A DNA stretch of 64,000 bases from Ginglymostoma cirratum (taxonomy: Eukaryota): NCBI GenBank assembly GCA_024137785.1, contig JAHRHZ010000111.1, positions 13,456,888 through 13,520,887 on the forward strand, in the 5' to 3' direction. Below are positions 1 through 14,095 of this stretch, piece after piece. Within the stretch, counting starts at the first letter, position 1, and every line of letters begins with the position of its first letter. The notes under the pieces are model-generated. The model saw only the letters and a list, made by a program, of their open reading frames with translations. It ran no database searches and was not told where the DNA came from. The position numbers and the translations under genes were made by a program.

Positions 1-236
1 AATTAAGAATCTAATGATGACCATGAATCCATTGTCAATTGTGGGGAAAAACTAATCTGGTTCACTAATGTCCATTAGGAAAGGAAACTGCCGTCCTTAC
101 CTGGTCTGGCCTACATGTGACTCCACATCCACAGCATTGTGGTTGACTCTTAACTGCCCTCTGAGCAATTAGGGATGGCAATAAATACAGCCTAGCTAGC
201 GACGCCCTCACCCCATGAATGAATAAAGAAAAAAAA
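1..236 (+). mobile_element. 3' part of a SINE whose tail is shared with a LINE family in this window
   Basis: Tail ...ggcaataaa...cccatgaatgaataaa-polyA; related copy near 33680-33980; same tail ends the LINEs at 23460 and 61600. Confidence 0.55.
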
Positions 237-239
237 CTC

Positions 240-1330
240 TTGCAACCTTCTTTTATACCCCCTGCTAGTTCACCCTCATGTTTCATCTTCTCCCATCTTA
301 CCACTTTTTTAGTTGCTTTCTGATAGTTTTTAAAGGCTTCTTAATCCTCTGGCTTCCTACTATTCCTCACCATGTTCTATACATTAGCTTTTATGCTGTC
401 TCTGACTTGTCAGCCATCGTTGCCTCATCCTCCCTTTAGTATGTTTCTTCTTCCTTGTATGAATTCCTGGTGTGTCTCCCGAAGTACCCTCAGGAACTCC
501 TACCATTGCTGCTCCACTGTCTTCCTTGCTTCCCCTTCCAGTCTACTTTGGCCAGATCCTCGCTCGTCTTTGTACTTACCTTTACTCAATTATAATACTA
601 TTACATCTGATTCAAACTTCTCCCTGTCAAACTGCAAGATGAATTTTATCATAGTATGGTCACTGCTCCCTAGGGATTCCTTCACCTTAAGCTCCCTAAA
701 TCAAGTCTGCCTTATTACACATTACAGAATCCAGTATTGCCTGATCCCTAGTGAGCTGTATCACTAGATGCTCCAAGAAACCATCTCATTCCATGAATTC
801 TTTTTCTCGGGACCTGCTACTGACCAGATTTTCCCAATCCACCTGCATATCAAAGCCCCCAATGATTATTGTAACAGTGCCTTTCTTATGTGCCTTTTAT
901 ATCTCCAGATTTATTTTCTGCCCACATCCTGACTATTCTTAAGAGGCTTGTACACAACTCTCATCAGGGTCTTTTTCCGTTTGCAGTTCCTCAACTCTAT
1001 CCACACAGGTTCTACACCTTCTGACCCCATAATGCTTCTTGCTATTGATTTCATTTCATTTTTTTCCTAACAAGACAACTCCACCCCTTCTGTCCATCTG
1101 CTTATCTTTTCAATAAAACAGTGCTCTGGTTAATTTGCTCATCTCCCTACAAGCTCCTGTTCTCATCCACAGAGGGAGCAAGAATCTCAAACCCGTTAGA
1201 CAAGTCCAAGTGTTGAGGCTTTCAGTACTACCTCCTTGATCCCTCTACCTGCCTCACTCACAGCCACATCCTCCTGTACTTGACCCCTGATCGAATTCAA
1301 GGTAGTTAATCTAAGGAATGTGACTTCCTG
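240..1330 (-). mobile_element. CR1 LINE fragment (endonuclease region), decayed
   Basis: Minus strand reads EPLGSSDHTMIKF-like CR1 endonuclease motifs. Confidence 0.7.
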
Positions 1331-1857
1331 CTGAAATAGGTTAGCATAATATTCCTACTTTTCATTATTATCCCTTTAGAATTAAAACATAGGCCTGAAT
1401 TTTTGCCCCTGACAGAGGAGCTTTGAGTTGGAACATTTGTCAGCTCCGCAAGCCCACAAGTTATAATTTTGCTTTTCTGGGAACCAGGTTCTCTGAAGTG
1501 AGGTCATCTGATGCCATAAAGAAAGCAAAGTCTGTCATGTACAGAAGCGGCTGGATAGGAGCCCAGCCTCAGGGCTTTTGCACTGTGTCCTTGTACCTAC
1601 CATACCATCCTCCTCAGGTCGCATCATGAACAAACCTGAATTCTGTTTCATACTGAAAGAAAATAAAATTTGTTGTTGCAGAATTTATTTTAAAAAAGTA
1701 AACTTACTTAGAAAAACCCATTCACTGTATTTACATTCATTCAACTATGTAATCCCTTACAAGAACAAACATTTCATTCAAGTGTTTTAATCCCTTATTA
1801 AAAACAAGCATTGGAATTCATAATCCTACTTCAAAGAATTTATAAGTACTTTTGGAT

Positions 1858-4130
1858 TAGAGTCACAGAGTCATACATGCATAGAAACAGACCATTTGGC
1901 CCAACCAGTCCACACCAACTATGTTCCCAAGCTAAACAAGTCTCACCAGCTTGCGCTTGGTCCATATCCCTCCAAACTTTTCCTATTCATGAACTTGTCC
2001 AAATATCTTTTAAATGTTGTAACTGTACCCGCATCTACCAGTTTTTCTGGCAATTCATTCCGCACACGAAGCAGTCTCTATGTAAAAAGGTTACCCCTCA
2101 GGTCTCTTTTGAAATCTTCCTCCTCTCACCTTAAAAATATGCCCCCTAGTTTTGAAATCCCCCACCCTAGGGAAAAGATCCTTGTCGTTCACTTTATCTA
2201 TGCCCCTCATGATTTTATAGACCTCAGTATTGTAACCCCTCAACCTCTTACACTCCAGTGAAAAAGGTCCCAGCCTTTCCAGTCAATTTTTATATTTCAA
2301 ACCCTCCATTCCCGGCAACATCCTTGTAAATCTTTTCTGAACTCTCTCCAGTTTAATAATATCCTTCCTATAACAGGGCAACCAGAACTGCACACAGTAC
2401 TCCAGAATAGGCCGCAACTATGTCCTGGACAAACCCAACGTGATGTCCCAACTCCTTTATGCAAAGATATGAGCAATGAAAGCAAGTGTGGTAAACACCT
2501 TCTTAATCACCCTGTCAACCTGTGATGCAAATTTCAAAGAATTACATACCTGAACCCCTGGGTCTATCTGTTCTACAACACTATCCAGGACCCTATCATT
2601 AATTGTATAAGTCCTATCCTTGTTTGTATTACCAAAATGCAATACCTCACACTTATCCAAATTAAACTCCATCTGCCACTCCTTGGCCTATTGACCCAAT
2701 TGATCAAGATTTCTTTGTAATCTTAAATAACCTTCTTCAGTGTCCACTGTACCACCAATTTTGGTGTCATCTGATAATGTATTAAAGATATCAAATCATT
2801 TATATAAACAGCAAACAAAAATGGACCCAATACGGACCCTGCGTATGGACCCTGCGGAACACCACTGATCACAGGCCTCCCGTTCAAAAAATCCTCCAAC
2901 ACCACCACCTACGGTCTCGTCCCATAAAGCCATTTGTGTACCCAATTGGCAAGCTCACCCTGAATCCAATGTGATATAACTTTACTAATTAGTCTATTCT
3001 GTGGAACCTTATCAAAGGCTTTACTGAAACCCAAGTAAACAACATCCACTACTGTACGTCCATTAATTTTTTTTTTGGTTACTTCATTAAAATAATGAAG
3101 TATAACAGACATGATTTTCCTTGCACCAAAACCATGCTGACTATCCCTAATCAATCCTTGCCTCTCCAAATGCATATCTTTCAGAATCGCCTCCAATAAC
3201 TTATCACTACTGATGTCAGACTCACAGGATTATAGTTTCCAAGTTTCTCCTCACTGACTTTCTTAAGCAATGGCATGATGTTAGCCACCCTCCAGTCCTC
3301 CAGTACCTCACCTGTGTTTATAGCTGATACAAATATTTTTACTAGAGGCCCTGCAATTTCCTCCCTAACTTCCCACAACATCCTGGGATACACTTGATCA
3401 GGTCCTGGAGATTTGTCAACCATTATGTTTTCTAAGACCTCCAGCGTTTACTCTTCTGTAATAAGAACTGTTTTCAAAACATCGATTTTTATTTCCCTGA
3501 GTTCTCTAGCCTCCATTTCTTTCTCAACAGTAAACACTGATGCAAAACATTCATTTAATATCTCTCCCATCTCTTGAGGTTCAACCCAAGGACAACCTCT
3601 TTGTTCTTTAAAGGATCCTTCTGTTTCTCTAGTTGTTCTCTTACTCTTAATGTATTTGGAAAATGTTTTTGGATTATCTTTCACCTTATCTGCCAAGGCT
3701 ATATCATATGCCCTCTTTGCCTTCCTGATTTCCCTCTTAAGAATGCCCCTACATTCTTTATACTCTTCAAGGTATTCAGTTGATCCCAGTTGTCTGTATC
3801 TAATATATGATTCTTTTTTATTCTTGACTAGAACCTCAATATCTTTGTTCATCCATTTTTCCCTAATTTTTACCAGCTGTGCCTTTCACTCTAACAGCCC
3901 CTGAACTCTCACTATCACACTTTTGAAGGCCTCCCACTTGTCAGTCAGCCCTTTACCTAGGAACAGTCTACTCTAGTCAACTTTTGAAAGTTCTTGTTTC
4001 ATACCCTTAAAATTTGTCTTGCTCCAATTAAGAACTTAAACTTCTATGGAAGACTTATCCTTTTCCCTAACTATTTTAAGACTAAAAGTACTATGATCAC
4101 TAGTTCCAAAGCATTCCCCTATTGTGTCAA
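1858..4130 (-). mobile_element. CR1 (HER1-like) LINE, ORF2 RT through 3' end, frameshifted
   Basis: ORF-track fragments KSPGPDQVYPRML, YLGFSKAFDKVP, SGVPQG, MEFNLDKCEVLHFG. Confidence 0.92.
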
Positions 4131-4584
4131 TCAAATTGTAAAATAGTAGGCACAGCACTATGGTAATGGAAGATTGATAAATCAGTCATGCTGCACTAAT
4201 CCAATAATGATAAACTTCAGGCTTACATCATACAGTGTATGAACTAGCAAGCATACTTCTTTCAGACACTCCAGATGTCTTTAAAAAGTGTTTTAAAGTA
4301 TGTGACTTTTAAGTGCCTTTAAAGCTTGGCGGCTGCTTTTGACACTTAACGAATACTCCGACAGTTCCTTTTGATACTTCTGACAGTTATTTTTGAGAAT
4401 TCTTTTTGACACTTTGTCAATTAATTTTGATAGATCTGTTAACTGTTTGCATCTGTGCACTTTTATACGCATTCATTTCTACTTTTACCAATCACAAAGG
4501 GCACCTTACCTCTCCTAAATGATACCTGACCTGCCCCAGTGGTGTCCCAGGAAGTAAGGCTACCTTTGCTCTCCAAGATGATAA

Positions 4585-5495
4585 AATAAAAGAAAGAAAT
4601 GGGGATGTTAGAGATCTGAAATAAAAACAGAAATTGCTGGTGAAATTCAGCAGGTCTGACAGCAACTGTGGATGGAAAGCAGAGCTAACATTTTGGGTCC
4701 AGTAGCTCCTCATCATAACTGATAACAGCAAGGAAAACTTGGTGTTTATGCTGAAGATGGGGTTGGGGGTTTGGGGGAGATATGCGCGGATAGGTAGAGT
4801 TGGAGTCCAGACAGAGAGATATGAAAAAGGTAGGCAAACAACATTGATAATAGGCCAGGACAGAAGAGAAGCTGAATAAGTGATCTTGAGAGTAGGAGAG
4901 AATGAGTAGGCTGTGCTAAAAGCAACCCATGTCATAACAAGACCAGGTTTGGTGTTGGGTGAAAAACATGGAAGGATGGAATCAAGCTGTCAAGTTAGTG
5001 AACTCAATGTTGAGTCCTCGAGGTTGCAGGATCCTTAAGCGGAAAATAAAGTGCTGCTCTTTGAGCTTGTGCTGAGGCTAGCTGGAACGTTGCAGCAGGT
5101 CTGTGAAATAAATATTGGCATTTAAGGGAGCTATGTGTGGAAAGTTCTTTACGCAGAGGGTAGTGGGTGCCTGGAATGTGTTGCCAGCAGAGGTGGTAGA
5201 GGCGGGCACAATAGCGTCATTTAAGATGCATCTAGACAAATACATGAATGGGCAGGGAGCAGAGGGATAATAGGCGACAGGTTTAGATAGAGGATCTGGA
5301 TCAGCGCAGGCTTGGAGGGCCGAAGGTCCTGTTCCTGTGCTGTAATTTTCTTTGTTCTTTAACACAGTGGGGTGTTGAAGTGGCAGACAACTGAAAGGTT
5401 TGGTGTCATTTTCAGCATAGATACCATTTTTTGCTAACTGCTAACAGTTCTGATGAAGAGTCATGGGACTTGAAATGTTAACTCTGCTTTGTCTT
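4585..5495. mobile_element. Penelope-like element remnant with inverted ends; CR1 3' fragment nested at ~5115-5360
   Basis: aaaacagaaattgctgg...cagcaggtctg terminus; hammerhead-like motif ctgatgaagagtc...gacttgaaatgtta at 5450-5480. Confidence 0.6.
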
Positions 5496-5859
5496 CAAAA
5501 TAGAACCCCTCATCTCCAACAATTCTGTAAAGTTCTGTCTTACTCCTGTCAGGTCTAATCTATGCATATTGTGTTTCAGACACAACATTGAATCACCAAA
5601 ATCACATACCAATGGAAGCAACTGCCGGTTTACATGGGTAGCTGCTGCCACAAAATGCACATGTGAAGTACGACCCACTCCCGATCCCATCCCTACAAAA
5701 ATCGTGGGTGTCATGTTCAGACGTGGGACCTGCAGCTTTTGGCTCTCTCTACCATTTCTGCAATGATTGTCTCTCCATCATTTGTATTGTATTTTATTTG
5801 TACCCTATTAGACTTGCACATTCTAAGAAATAAGTGGCCTCCCAATTACTCTTACTGAA

Positions 5860-7240
5860 ACTTATTGCCTCCATTTATATGTGTTCAACTTATTTGTCTA
5901 TTCTGCAAGTTTGTTTATGCCATTTTTTTTGTTGCAGTTCTTCTCAGGGTTAACTCTCCCCCTAATTTGTTGTCACCTGCAAATTTAGAAATTCTGTTTT
6001 GATTCCAAAGTCCCAATTATTGATGTAATAATGAACAACGCTGATCCTTGTGGAACACCATTTCTCACTTTCTGCCATTCTGAATAAGTACCTTTTACTC
6101 CCATTCTGCTTTCTGCTTTGAAACCAACCAGCAATCCGTTACATCTTTATTTCCTGACTTTCCATTGTCTCTGACCTTGTTCAATACTTTATTAATGGGA
6201 CACCTATCTAAGGACTTTTGAATATCTAGATAAATTACATCTACTTGACCATTCTCTACAAATAAGGTTGATCAAGCAAGATTTCCCCTTTTAAATCTAC
6301 ACTGACTGTTCATTATTATCTTATTTTTTATTTCTAGCTGTCCCTATATTCTCTCATTTATTGAGGACTCTGATATTTTTCCAATCATTGACATTAAACT
6401 AACTGGTTTATTAATCCCTGTACATGTTATGATGTTCCATTCCCCTCTTCTCAATATGTTGGAAATATGTTGGCTATCTGCCAGCCCCCTTTTCCCCAGC
6501 AAATTATTAAATATGAGTTGTAATGCCTCTGTTATCTTTTTCCTAGGTTATGTTAAATATGTGGAATCAGTCCATCCACACCAGGGGTTTTATCTTCTTT
6601 GGGTTTGCTATTCAGTACATCCCCATTTTTATTTTATGTGTATTTAATACATTGTTCATCTCATCACTTAATGTCAACCTTTTCTATTGCTGTGGTAAAT
6701 ACCAAGGCAAAATATTTTTTTAATGTTCCTGCTCTCATACCAGAGGTATTATCATGCCTATCTCTTAATCGTGCTATTCCCATTACAGCTTTCCATTTTT
6801 ATGTAATGTACCAGTAAAATGTTTCATGGTTTCAATGCTCCTTGGTAATTTAATTTTATAATTCTTCTTTGCCTTCCTAATTGTGTTTTTAACTTCTCTC
6901 CCAATCTCTAAATGTTCACTTATGTCCTTCCCCCTTAATGGATGATTCTTTCCAAACTATCAGTTGTTCCACTAGGTCTTTATTAATCCATACAGTCCCA
7001 ATTGCATTTAATTTGTTCTTTCTTCTAATGGAATATATTTTTCCAGCACCCTGTGTTTCCCATTGTTGTTTGACATTGTTTACCAACATTGTTGTTCATT
7101 TTACTCTCCTCAGTTCTATTTTCAGCACCTCAAAATCAGCTTTTCCCCATCTTTTAATTTGGTTCTTGTCATATAAATGTCCTTCTCCATCATTTTAAAG
7201 CAAAATATATTATGTTCTCTGTTGCCTAAGTGTCTACAGT
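5860..7240 (-). mobile_element. Old CR1 LINE fragment
   Basis: Degenerate GVPQG and YLDIQKSLD-like motifs on the minus strand. Confidence 0.65.
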
Positions 7241-7299
7241 ATTACTGTTTATGGAGAGAAAAATAATTTAATGGTGAAAAGGTGAATGCGGCTTAAGGG

Positions 7300-7640
7300 A
7301 AGAGGGTGAGAGAAAGAACTCCCAACGATATGCGTAGTTTCATAACCTCACGATGTCCCAAAGCACTTTGCAGACAATGAGATACTTATGAAGTATAATT
7401 GCTGTTATAATGTTGAGATCAGAGCAGGTAATTTGTGCAGAGTAAGGTTTAAACAAACACCAGTGAGAAAGTCATCACATAATCTGCTTTAGTAATGTGG
7501 GCTGGGGGTCAATATTGGCCAGGATACTGAACAAAAGAAAACAATTCTGCATTTCTATGTAAAATTTGTTTGAAAACATTTTTGAAAAAAATAAAATTTT
7601 CTTTGAAAACAATGTTGAATCTTTTATATCGAAGTTAGGG
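7300..7640 (-). mobile_element. Deu-type SINE, decayed
   Basis: Reverse complement of cctggccaatatt core and tail; related copies at ~12185-12540, ~27760-27990 and 35085-36170. Confidence 0.55.
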
Positions 7641-7846
7641 GCCCAATCTTTACTCCCAATCCTAATTCAGGGGTGCTATGCTCACAGTGATGCATCAGAT
7701 CAGATCAACGCAGCATTTTAAATCCTTCTTATCAACCATATCCAATACATCTACAGGTATTTTGCCTTTCATGAGTTTCATTTATTGTAACCATCCTCTT
7801 TCTATCTATCTTCAAAGATTGTTTCTTGGCTTTGATTTGTGCTCAG

Positions 7847-8072
7847 ATGTCCATGTCACTTGACTTCAGTGTAAATCAGAAACGCCAAGTGCGTCCTCTT
7901 TGGGCACGTCAAAGTGCGGTGGGGGATTTTAGTTCCAAGGAGGAGGTCAAGGCACGAACTCAGAGTTCTGACTTGAATGCCGGGATTCGCCCAGCGCCAG
8001 TTCGACCTGCCATACCAACAATGAGCGAGAAGGGGCAGAAAGCGACATTGCGAACCCAGAGAAGTGTTCCTT
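7847..8072 (+). CDS. FBXO16: Internal coding exon, probable F-box only protein 16 C-terminal region (MSMSLDFSVNQKRQVRPLWA...LNAGIRPAPVRPAIP...RTQRSVP)
   Basis: Pyrimidine tract plus ...gctcag acceptor (7845-7846) and gtgagt donor (8073). Only one of three frames is open. Phase-1 end joins the exon at 10394. NAGIRP-PVRP motif recalled from non-mammalian FBXO16; FBXO16 lies near PNOC in human. Confidence 0.72.
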
Positions 8073-8204
8073 GTGAGTAACAATTGTTATTGCATTATTG
8101 ACCTTTTCAGTTGCACTTGAGCAATACTGGTAATAGCAAGTTATGCAACCCAGAACTAGTATATCAGCAATGGTAATTGAAAGAAAAGAAAGCTCTTGTA
8201 TTTA

Positions 8205-10020
8205 TATAAGAGAATAAGAAATAGTAGGCCATTCAGCTTCTCAAGTGTGCCCCAAATTCCTAGAAGATCATGGCTCATCTGCCTCAGGACTCAACTCCTC
8301 TTTCATACCAGCTCCTCATCGTCCTCAATTGCTTGACTTTTCAAAAATCTGTCTACGTCCTGTTTAAATATTTTCAATGATCTAGCATCCACTTCTTTCT
8401 GTGGTAGAGAATTTAAGGCATTCACTATCCTGTGAAGGAAGAAATTCCTTTGCATTTCAGTTTTAAATGTTTAAATCTTAAGTGTCTCCTTATTCTGCAA
8501 CTGTGTCCCCTTAATTGAACGTCTCCCATTAGTGGAAACATCTTAAGATCTGCCCTGTTGAGCCCCTTAGGAATCTAGCATGTTTTAATAAGATTCTAAA
8601 TTATTCTAAACGGGAATGAATAAAGGCTGAACCTATTTAGCCACTCTTAATAAGTCAACTCCTTCATTCCAGGAATCGGCCTGGTGAATCCCTTCTGAAT
8701 TGGCCCAAGACCAGTATATCCTTTCTTAAATGGACTAATCAGATTTGCACGCATTACTCCAGGTGCAGCCTTACCAAACTCTGTACAGTTATAACAAGAC
8801 TTGCCTAAAATTAAACTCCAACACCGAGCAATAATGCCCAAAATATAATTTGCCTTGCTGCACTTGCATGCTAACTAACTTGTGTTTCACACCCAAGGAC
8901 ACCCAGATCCCTCTGTGCTGCACTGCTTTGGAATTTCTCTTTGTTAAGTAATAGCTGATTCTTCCTACCAAAGTACATAACCTCAGACTTACCTCAATTA
9001 AATTCCCATCTGCAAAACTTTCATCCACTCACTCAACTTCTTTATATTGCCTTGAAGATTGAGGTCCTGGGACTAATCCTTATGGCACTCCACCAGTTAC
9101 ATCTTTTCAACCTGAAATAGACCCATCAATCCCAACTCTCTTTCTTCAATGTGTTAACTAATCATCAGTCCATTGTAATACATTACCCCCAATACAGTTA
9201 GCTCCTATCTTGTACTCTGACCCTTTTTGTAGCAATTATTAAGTGGCTTCTGGAAATCAAAACATCCTACATGTATAAGTTCCCCTTTATCATCACTACT
9301 TGTTATGTCCTCAAATAACTCCGGCAAATTTGTAAAACATGATGTCCTTTTTACAAAACCATGTTGACTCTGATTGCATTAAGCTTTTCTAAATATCCTG
9401 AAATTTCCTTCTAAATAACCAGTTCTAGTGTTTTCCTAATAACAGATATTAAGCTAACTGGCTGATAGTTTCTTGCTTTCTATCTCCCTCCCTTATTGAA
9501 CAAGAGTGTCACATTAGCAGTTTTCCAATGCACTGGACTTCTCCTGGAATCCATTGAGTTCAGGAATATTTTAATCAATGCCTCCACTATCTCTACAGCT
9601 ACTTATTTTACAACTCTAGAATGCAGGCCATCAGATCCCTAGTGGCTTGTATTTCTTCAGTCCTAATAGTTTGTCAAATACCTAGTCCCTCATGATAGAG
9701 ACTGTTACAAGACCTTTCCTCCCATTAGCACCTTGTTCATCTGATATCTTTGCGTATAGTGTCCTTCACCGTAAAGACTGATGCACGATATTGGTTTACA
9801 TTATCTGCCATTTACCTATTCTCCATTATGTATGGTCCAGTCATGTCCTCCAAGAATTCCACAATCTTTTTAACTAGTCTTTTTTTACATATGTAGGAAC
9901 TCTTGCTGTTTGTTTTTATATTTCTTGCCAGTTCAATTTCATCTCAATTTTCTTGCTTTTTAATATCTTTTTAGTCATCTTCACGAGAAGTATTTCCAAT
10001 TCCCTGGCCTACCACTAGTT
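8205..10020 (-). mobile_element. Old CR1 LINE inside the last FBXO16 intron
   Basis: CR1 3' end near 8210; GFTRPIPGMKELTY and other RT remnants. Confidence 0.75.
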
Positions 10021-10393
10021 TACACTGCTTTGGAAATGTGTGTACTGTGCATTGCCTTGGGACTAAATGGAAATGCTGAATTTGTTTATAATCAGCTGGA
10101 AATGAACCCTTATTCACTATTTGTTCAATATAAAACTGTATAGATATGAATAAACACATGCATGTCTTAAGTTTTGTCCGAGTTCAAGGCCATGAAGCAA
10201 TCGTTACTGTACTGGGGAAATGTGCTTCTTTTCTGATGAGGTCAGTGTTAGTATGACAGTAGTATTATTCTTGTTACAAGATAATGGATTACACAGTCAC
10301 TCACTTTAAGCTTTGAAGAGGACAAGAGTAATGCGCTCCAGAAAAGAGCAAATAACTGTCTTACTGTGTACTCTGCTCTTGGTTTTCCTCCAG

Positions 10394-10464
10394 CATGCCC
10401 ACTCTTTGAGAGTCTGCCGTGGCAAATCCCAGCATCTAACAGAGACTCTGATGAAGCAGAATGA
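10394..10464 (+). CDS. FBXO16: Terminal coding exon, probable FBXO16 (S-CPLFESLPWQIPASNRDSDEAE*)
   Basis: Acceptor ctctgctcttggttttcctccag; phase matches the previous exon (T|CA = Ser); TGA at 10462-10464; PLFE..PW...SDE tail recalled from fish FBXO16. Confidence 0.7.
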
Positions 10465-11519
10465 GAGGGAGAAACCAGCTGGAGCATAGACAGTAAACCC
10501 ATCAATGGACCGAGTCAGTTGACACAGAATGGTGAGAAGTGGGTGAACTACACTGAAGGAACAGCTGGATTGATGTGTTACGACCTCCTTTGATCATAAC
10601 ATGAACTGCAGCACTTTGAAACTCCTGGTTTCATTTTAGTGAAAGTGAGAAACAAATATTAGAACAAAAGGTCGTGTCTATGAAATGTTAAATTCAATTT
10701 GCTTGCTTCTCTTGCCCCATCTAATGTTGAACTTTGCACATCATCAGATATGTTAGGACAGGGTGCAAAGATAAAAAGATAGGGACTAGAGGGGGGAAAT
10801 GAAGCCTAATGCAACTGCCTTAACTGGGGGTTTTAGGCAGAGTTAGCTGAGGCCTGAAATCCTCACGTGGGGAAACTTAGAGGAATGAAATGGCCACAGT
10901 AATTTTTTTTTCAACACTGAAGTCTACAATTACTTCCTTCCAGCCACAGAGACCTTGTCTTTACACAATATCCAAAGAAGCACAGATTGTGCTGGACTTT
11001 TGAAAGTTATCTTAGCTCTACCCTCTGACTGGTATGTTGTGATATAATGGCCAATGGACCAGAGTGAAGTACAAACGATAAAAGTGAGGAAAAATAAATG
11101 CGACCCCCATACCCCTCCTCAAACCCCTACTTTCCCCATCTTCCTCACCATATTGCTAGTAAAAATATTCTTAAAAAGTTCATTTTTAGGATGTGAGCAC
11201 CCCTGGCAAGCTGCCTTTACTGCCCAGCTCTACTTACTGCAATTGAGGGACTTTGAAAAGCCACTAGTTAATTAAGAATCAAATATTTTGTTGTGGAACT
11301 GCAGTTACAGAAAAGCTGAATCAGGTAAAGATAGCAGGCTTCCTTCCCTGAAGGACACTAATGAACCAGCTGGCAATCTAGCAGCTTCATTTTTCGCTTT
11401 TCACTTCACTTTTTAAAAAAATGTGTTCAAATGCACACAAAACACTGACTGGACTTTAATTTGCATTTTTAAGATTATTATTTGAGTAATTTAATTCAAC
11501 CATAGCTAGTTAGAATTTA

Positions 11520-11737
11520 TTTTAAATGCTGGAAATTACAGCAGGTCATGCAGCATCCACGGAGAGAGAGAGCAAGCTAATGTTTTGATTCTAGATGACT
11601 CATCATCAGACTTCATCAGTCGTCTAGACTTGAAACGTTGGCTTGCTCTCTCTCCATGGATGCTGCTTGACCTGATGTGATTTCCGGCATTTTTATTTTC
11701 AGTACAGATTCCAGCATCTGTGGTAATTCACTGCTAA
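11520..11737. mobile_element. Palindromic Penelope-derived terminal-repeat element
   Basis: Inverted arms gcaggtca.gcagcatcca.ggagagagag / ctctctccatggatgctgcttgacctg with decayed hammerhead motifs at the centre. Confidence 0.65.
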
Positions 11738-13229
11738 GATTTATTTATGTACACCTGCACCCCAGGCTGCCATCCAGAGCCATGAGCAATGTTGTTCACC
11801 TGTCCATCACTTGAAGAATACTTACTGATCATCGCTTGAGATCACTAATTACCAGCAGTTTGGATAAAGTACCAGCATTTTGTACTGCTGACTAAAGCTC
11901 TTCAGTTAGTTACTGGCCACTGGAAGATTAAACGGATTTTGTTCCATGATTATAAAACAAAATGGGAGAGCCTTTACCTGAATTATACTGACACTGTAAA
12001 AAAAAGTGAGGAGTATGAACTATGCACGAGGTTGAGTTAACTATGAAAAGATAGGTGAGTAGTCAGTACTTACTGGAAATTTGGATGAAACCTATCAATA
12101 GCAGCAATTTTCAAATAAATAATATCAAAATGCAGCATCAAGTCATTGAGTGCCAGATTATGTTGATTCAATAATAGAAACAGCCCAGACACTGATTCAT
12201 AAGCAGGGAATAAAAGAACCTTTCACAATCTCAGGCCGTCCCAAGACACTTTATAGCCATGAAATCATAAAATATGGAAAATGCTGCAGCCATTGTGTGT
12301 ATAGCAATGTTCCTTATAAGAATGTGATAACGATCAGGTGATCTGATTTTTTTTTCCCTGATGGTGTTGGATTTTGGAATAAATGTTGGTTAAGATAACA
12401 AGGATAAAGTCCCCTGCTCTTCAAATAGTGTAATGGATCTTTTTACATCCATCTCAGAGGGGAGATTGAGCCTTGTTTTTAAAATTTCATCTGAAAGCTA
12501 TCACCTTTGACATTGCAACAATGCCTCAGTGCTGTTATTCTTAATATATTCATATTTGATATTTTTAAATGTTCAACCAACTTCACTTTGTCAAAACTGT
12601 TTTAAATTACTTTATTAAAACTAGTTTAGATAATTTTTAGAAAGTTTTACATTTTAGTTTAACTCTATAATTTGAAAGTTGAAAGATTTGTAATCTCAGT
12701 TTAATGGTATCCTACACATCATTTAATTTTATTTGGTTCTGTTCGGGTGGAGTGCTATGCAAATATAATCAAAGAAGAAAATGTTTAACTATGGAGGAAT
12801 GCATGTATATTATAATTGAAAGAAAAAACACTCAAAAACGCTGTTTCCTTTAATGCTTGACTTCTAGATTTGTTAACTGTTCAAATGGCATTGGATGCAG
12901 GTACATCTGCTTCGAAAGAGTTCAACTCACACCCCAATGACCCTCATGAAAAGTGTATAAAACTAGAATATTAGGAATGTGTGCAAATATCAAGATATCA
13001 GGTGTATCTTTAATATTCTGTATATTGAGATATTAGGACTGATTTATTGTAAGTACTAGGATCAAGCGCGTCTGTAAACAGGGAGATATTGAGAGGGTCT
13101 TTATTGTAAATGCTAAGATATTGGAACTGCTTAAATGGTAAATACTATGAAATTAGGCATGTTTTTATAACTAAACATGAAGGTATTGGAAGATGATGAA
13201 TTTCATCATTTCATTATGATGAAACCCAA

Positions 13230-13680
13230 AGTTCTCCTGGCCTTCCTCCCATTTTATACTTCCCACAACTTTTAATTTATCCAAACTTCTGCTGTCTACA
13301 CCCTAACTCACAACATGTCTAATTCATTCATCCCCTGTGTTCACTAACTAACTTTGCTTCAGAGTCCATCAATACTTCAATTTAAAAATTCTCACCCTCA
13401 CATTAGGATCTCTCCATGGTCTTGACCATCTTCTTTCTATAAAAACTCTTTAAAAATTAGCCATGTACCTCACTGTTAAATTGGTTCCACCAATTCTGCC
13501 CTCATGAATTTCCTCCTTTCGCCCCATCATCAGCCATCTCGGCTGTAAACTCTAGAATTCTGAACCCCCCATCTCGCTCCTTTTAATACACTCCTTAAAA
13601 CTCACCTTATTAATCAAGTTTCTCATTATCCCTTCTATTTTTTGGTGAGAATTTGTGCTTAATTATGCTCTTAAGTGTCT
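13230..13680 (+). mobile_element. L2 LINE 3' fragment
   Basis: Decayed LHWLP..FKIL-like coding remnant and ctccttaaaactcacct tail; similar to 36180-36600. Confidence 0.55.
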
Positions 13681-14089
13681 TACTTCAGCCATAGGATAAA
13701 CTACTTTGATATATTTGTCACTGAAAAACATCTATGAATTGAGCAATGCATCAGGAGGTATATGGGAGCTTTGAAATCTTTGTCAACAAACAAATAGAGA
13801 AACGGAGAGATGCACTTAAGCAGCTCTGTCAAAGACAGGACTTAATAGATCTGGAGCATGCTTCCATTCTGAATCAAAATTGGTAAAAATGGCTGAAAGT
13901 GTAGGGAAAAATGAATGGACAGGAACAAATCTGGAAAAACCATTATCTTCCTCCAACACAGGGTAAATAAAGAATAAACTAATTTATTCATAGATTCCTA
14001 TGTACAGTTTATAATGCTGCAATTTGGTGGTCAAATATACAAACAACATTACAAACATTTTGCTGTTTTGACAATGAAACTAGGTTCTC

Positions 14090-14095
14090 TTTATT
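14090..14095 (-). promoter_or_regulatory. Candidate polyadenylation signal of the PNOC-like gene
   Basis: AATAAA on the minus strand followed by a GT/T-rich tract; another AATAAA at 13988-13983. Confidence 0.35.

Noticed and set aside
1488-1540. Possible upstream FBXO16 exon (RFSEVRSSDAIKKAKSVM resembles the recalled RKAQSM motif)
   Set aside because: Acceptor is plausible but there is no good phase-0 donor to join 7847; may be chance.
5569-5766. Cys-containing 65-aa ORF with a possible acceptor at 5579
   Set aside because: No recognisable homology and no convincing donor.
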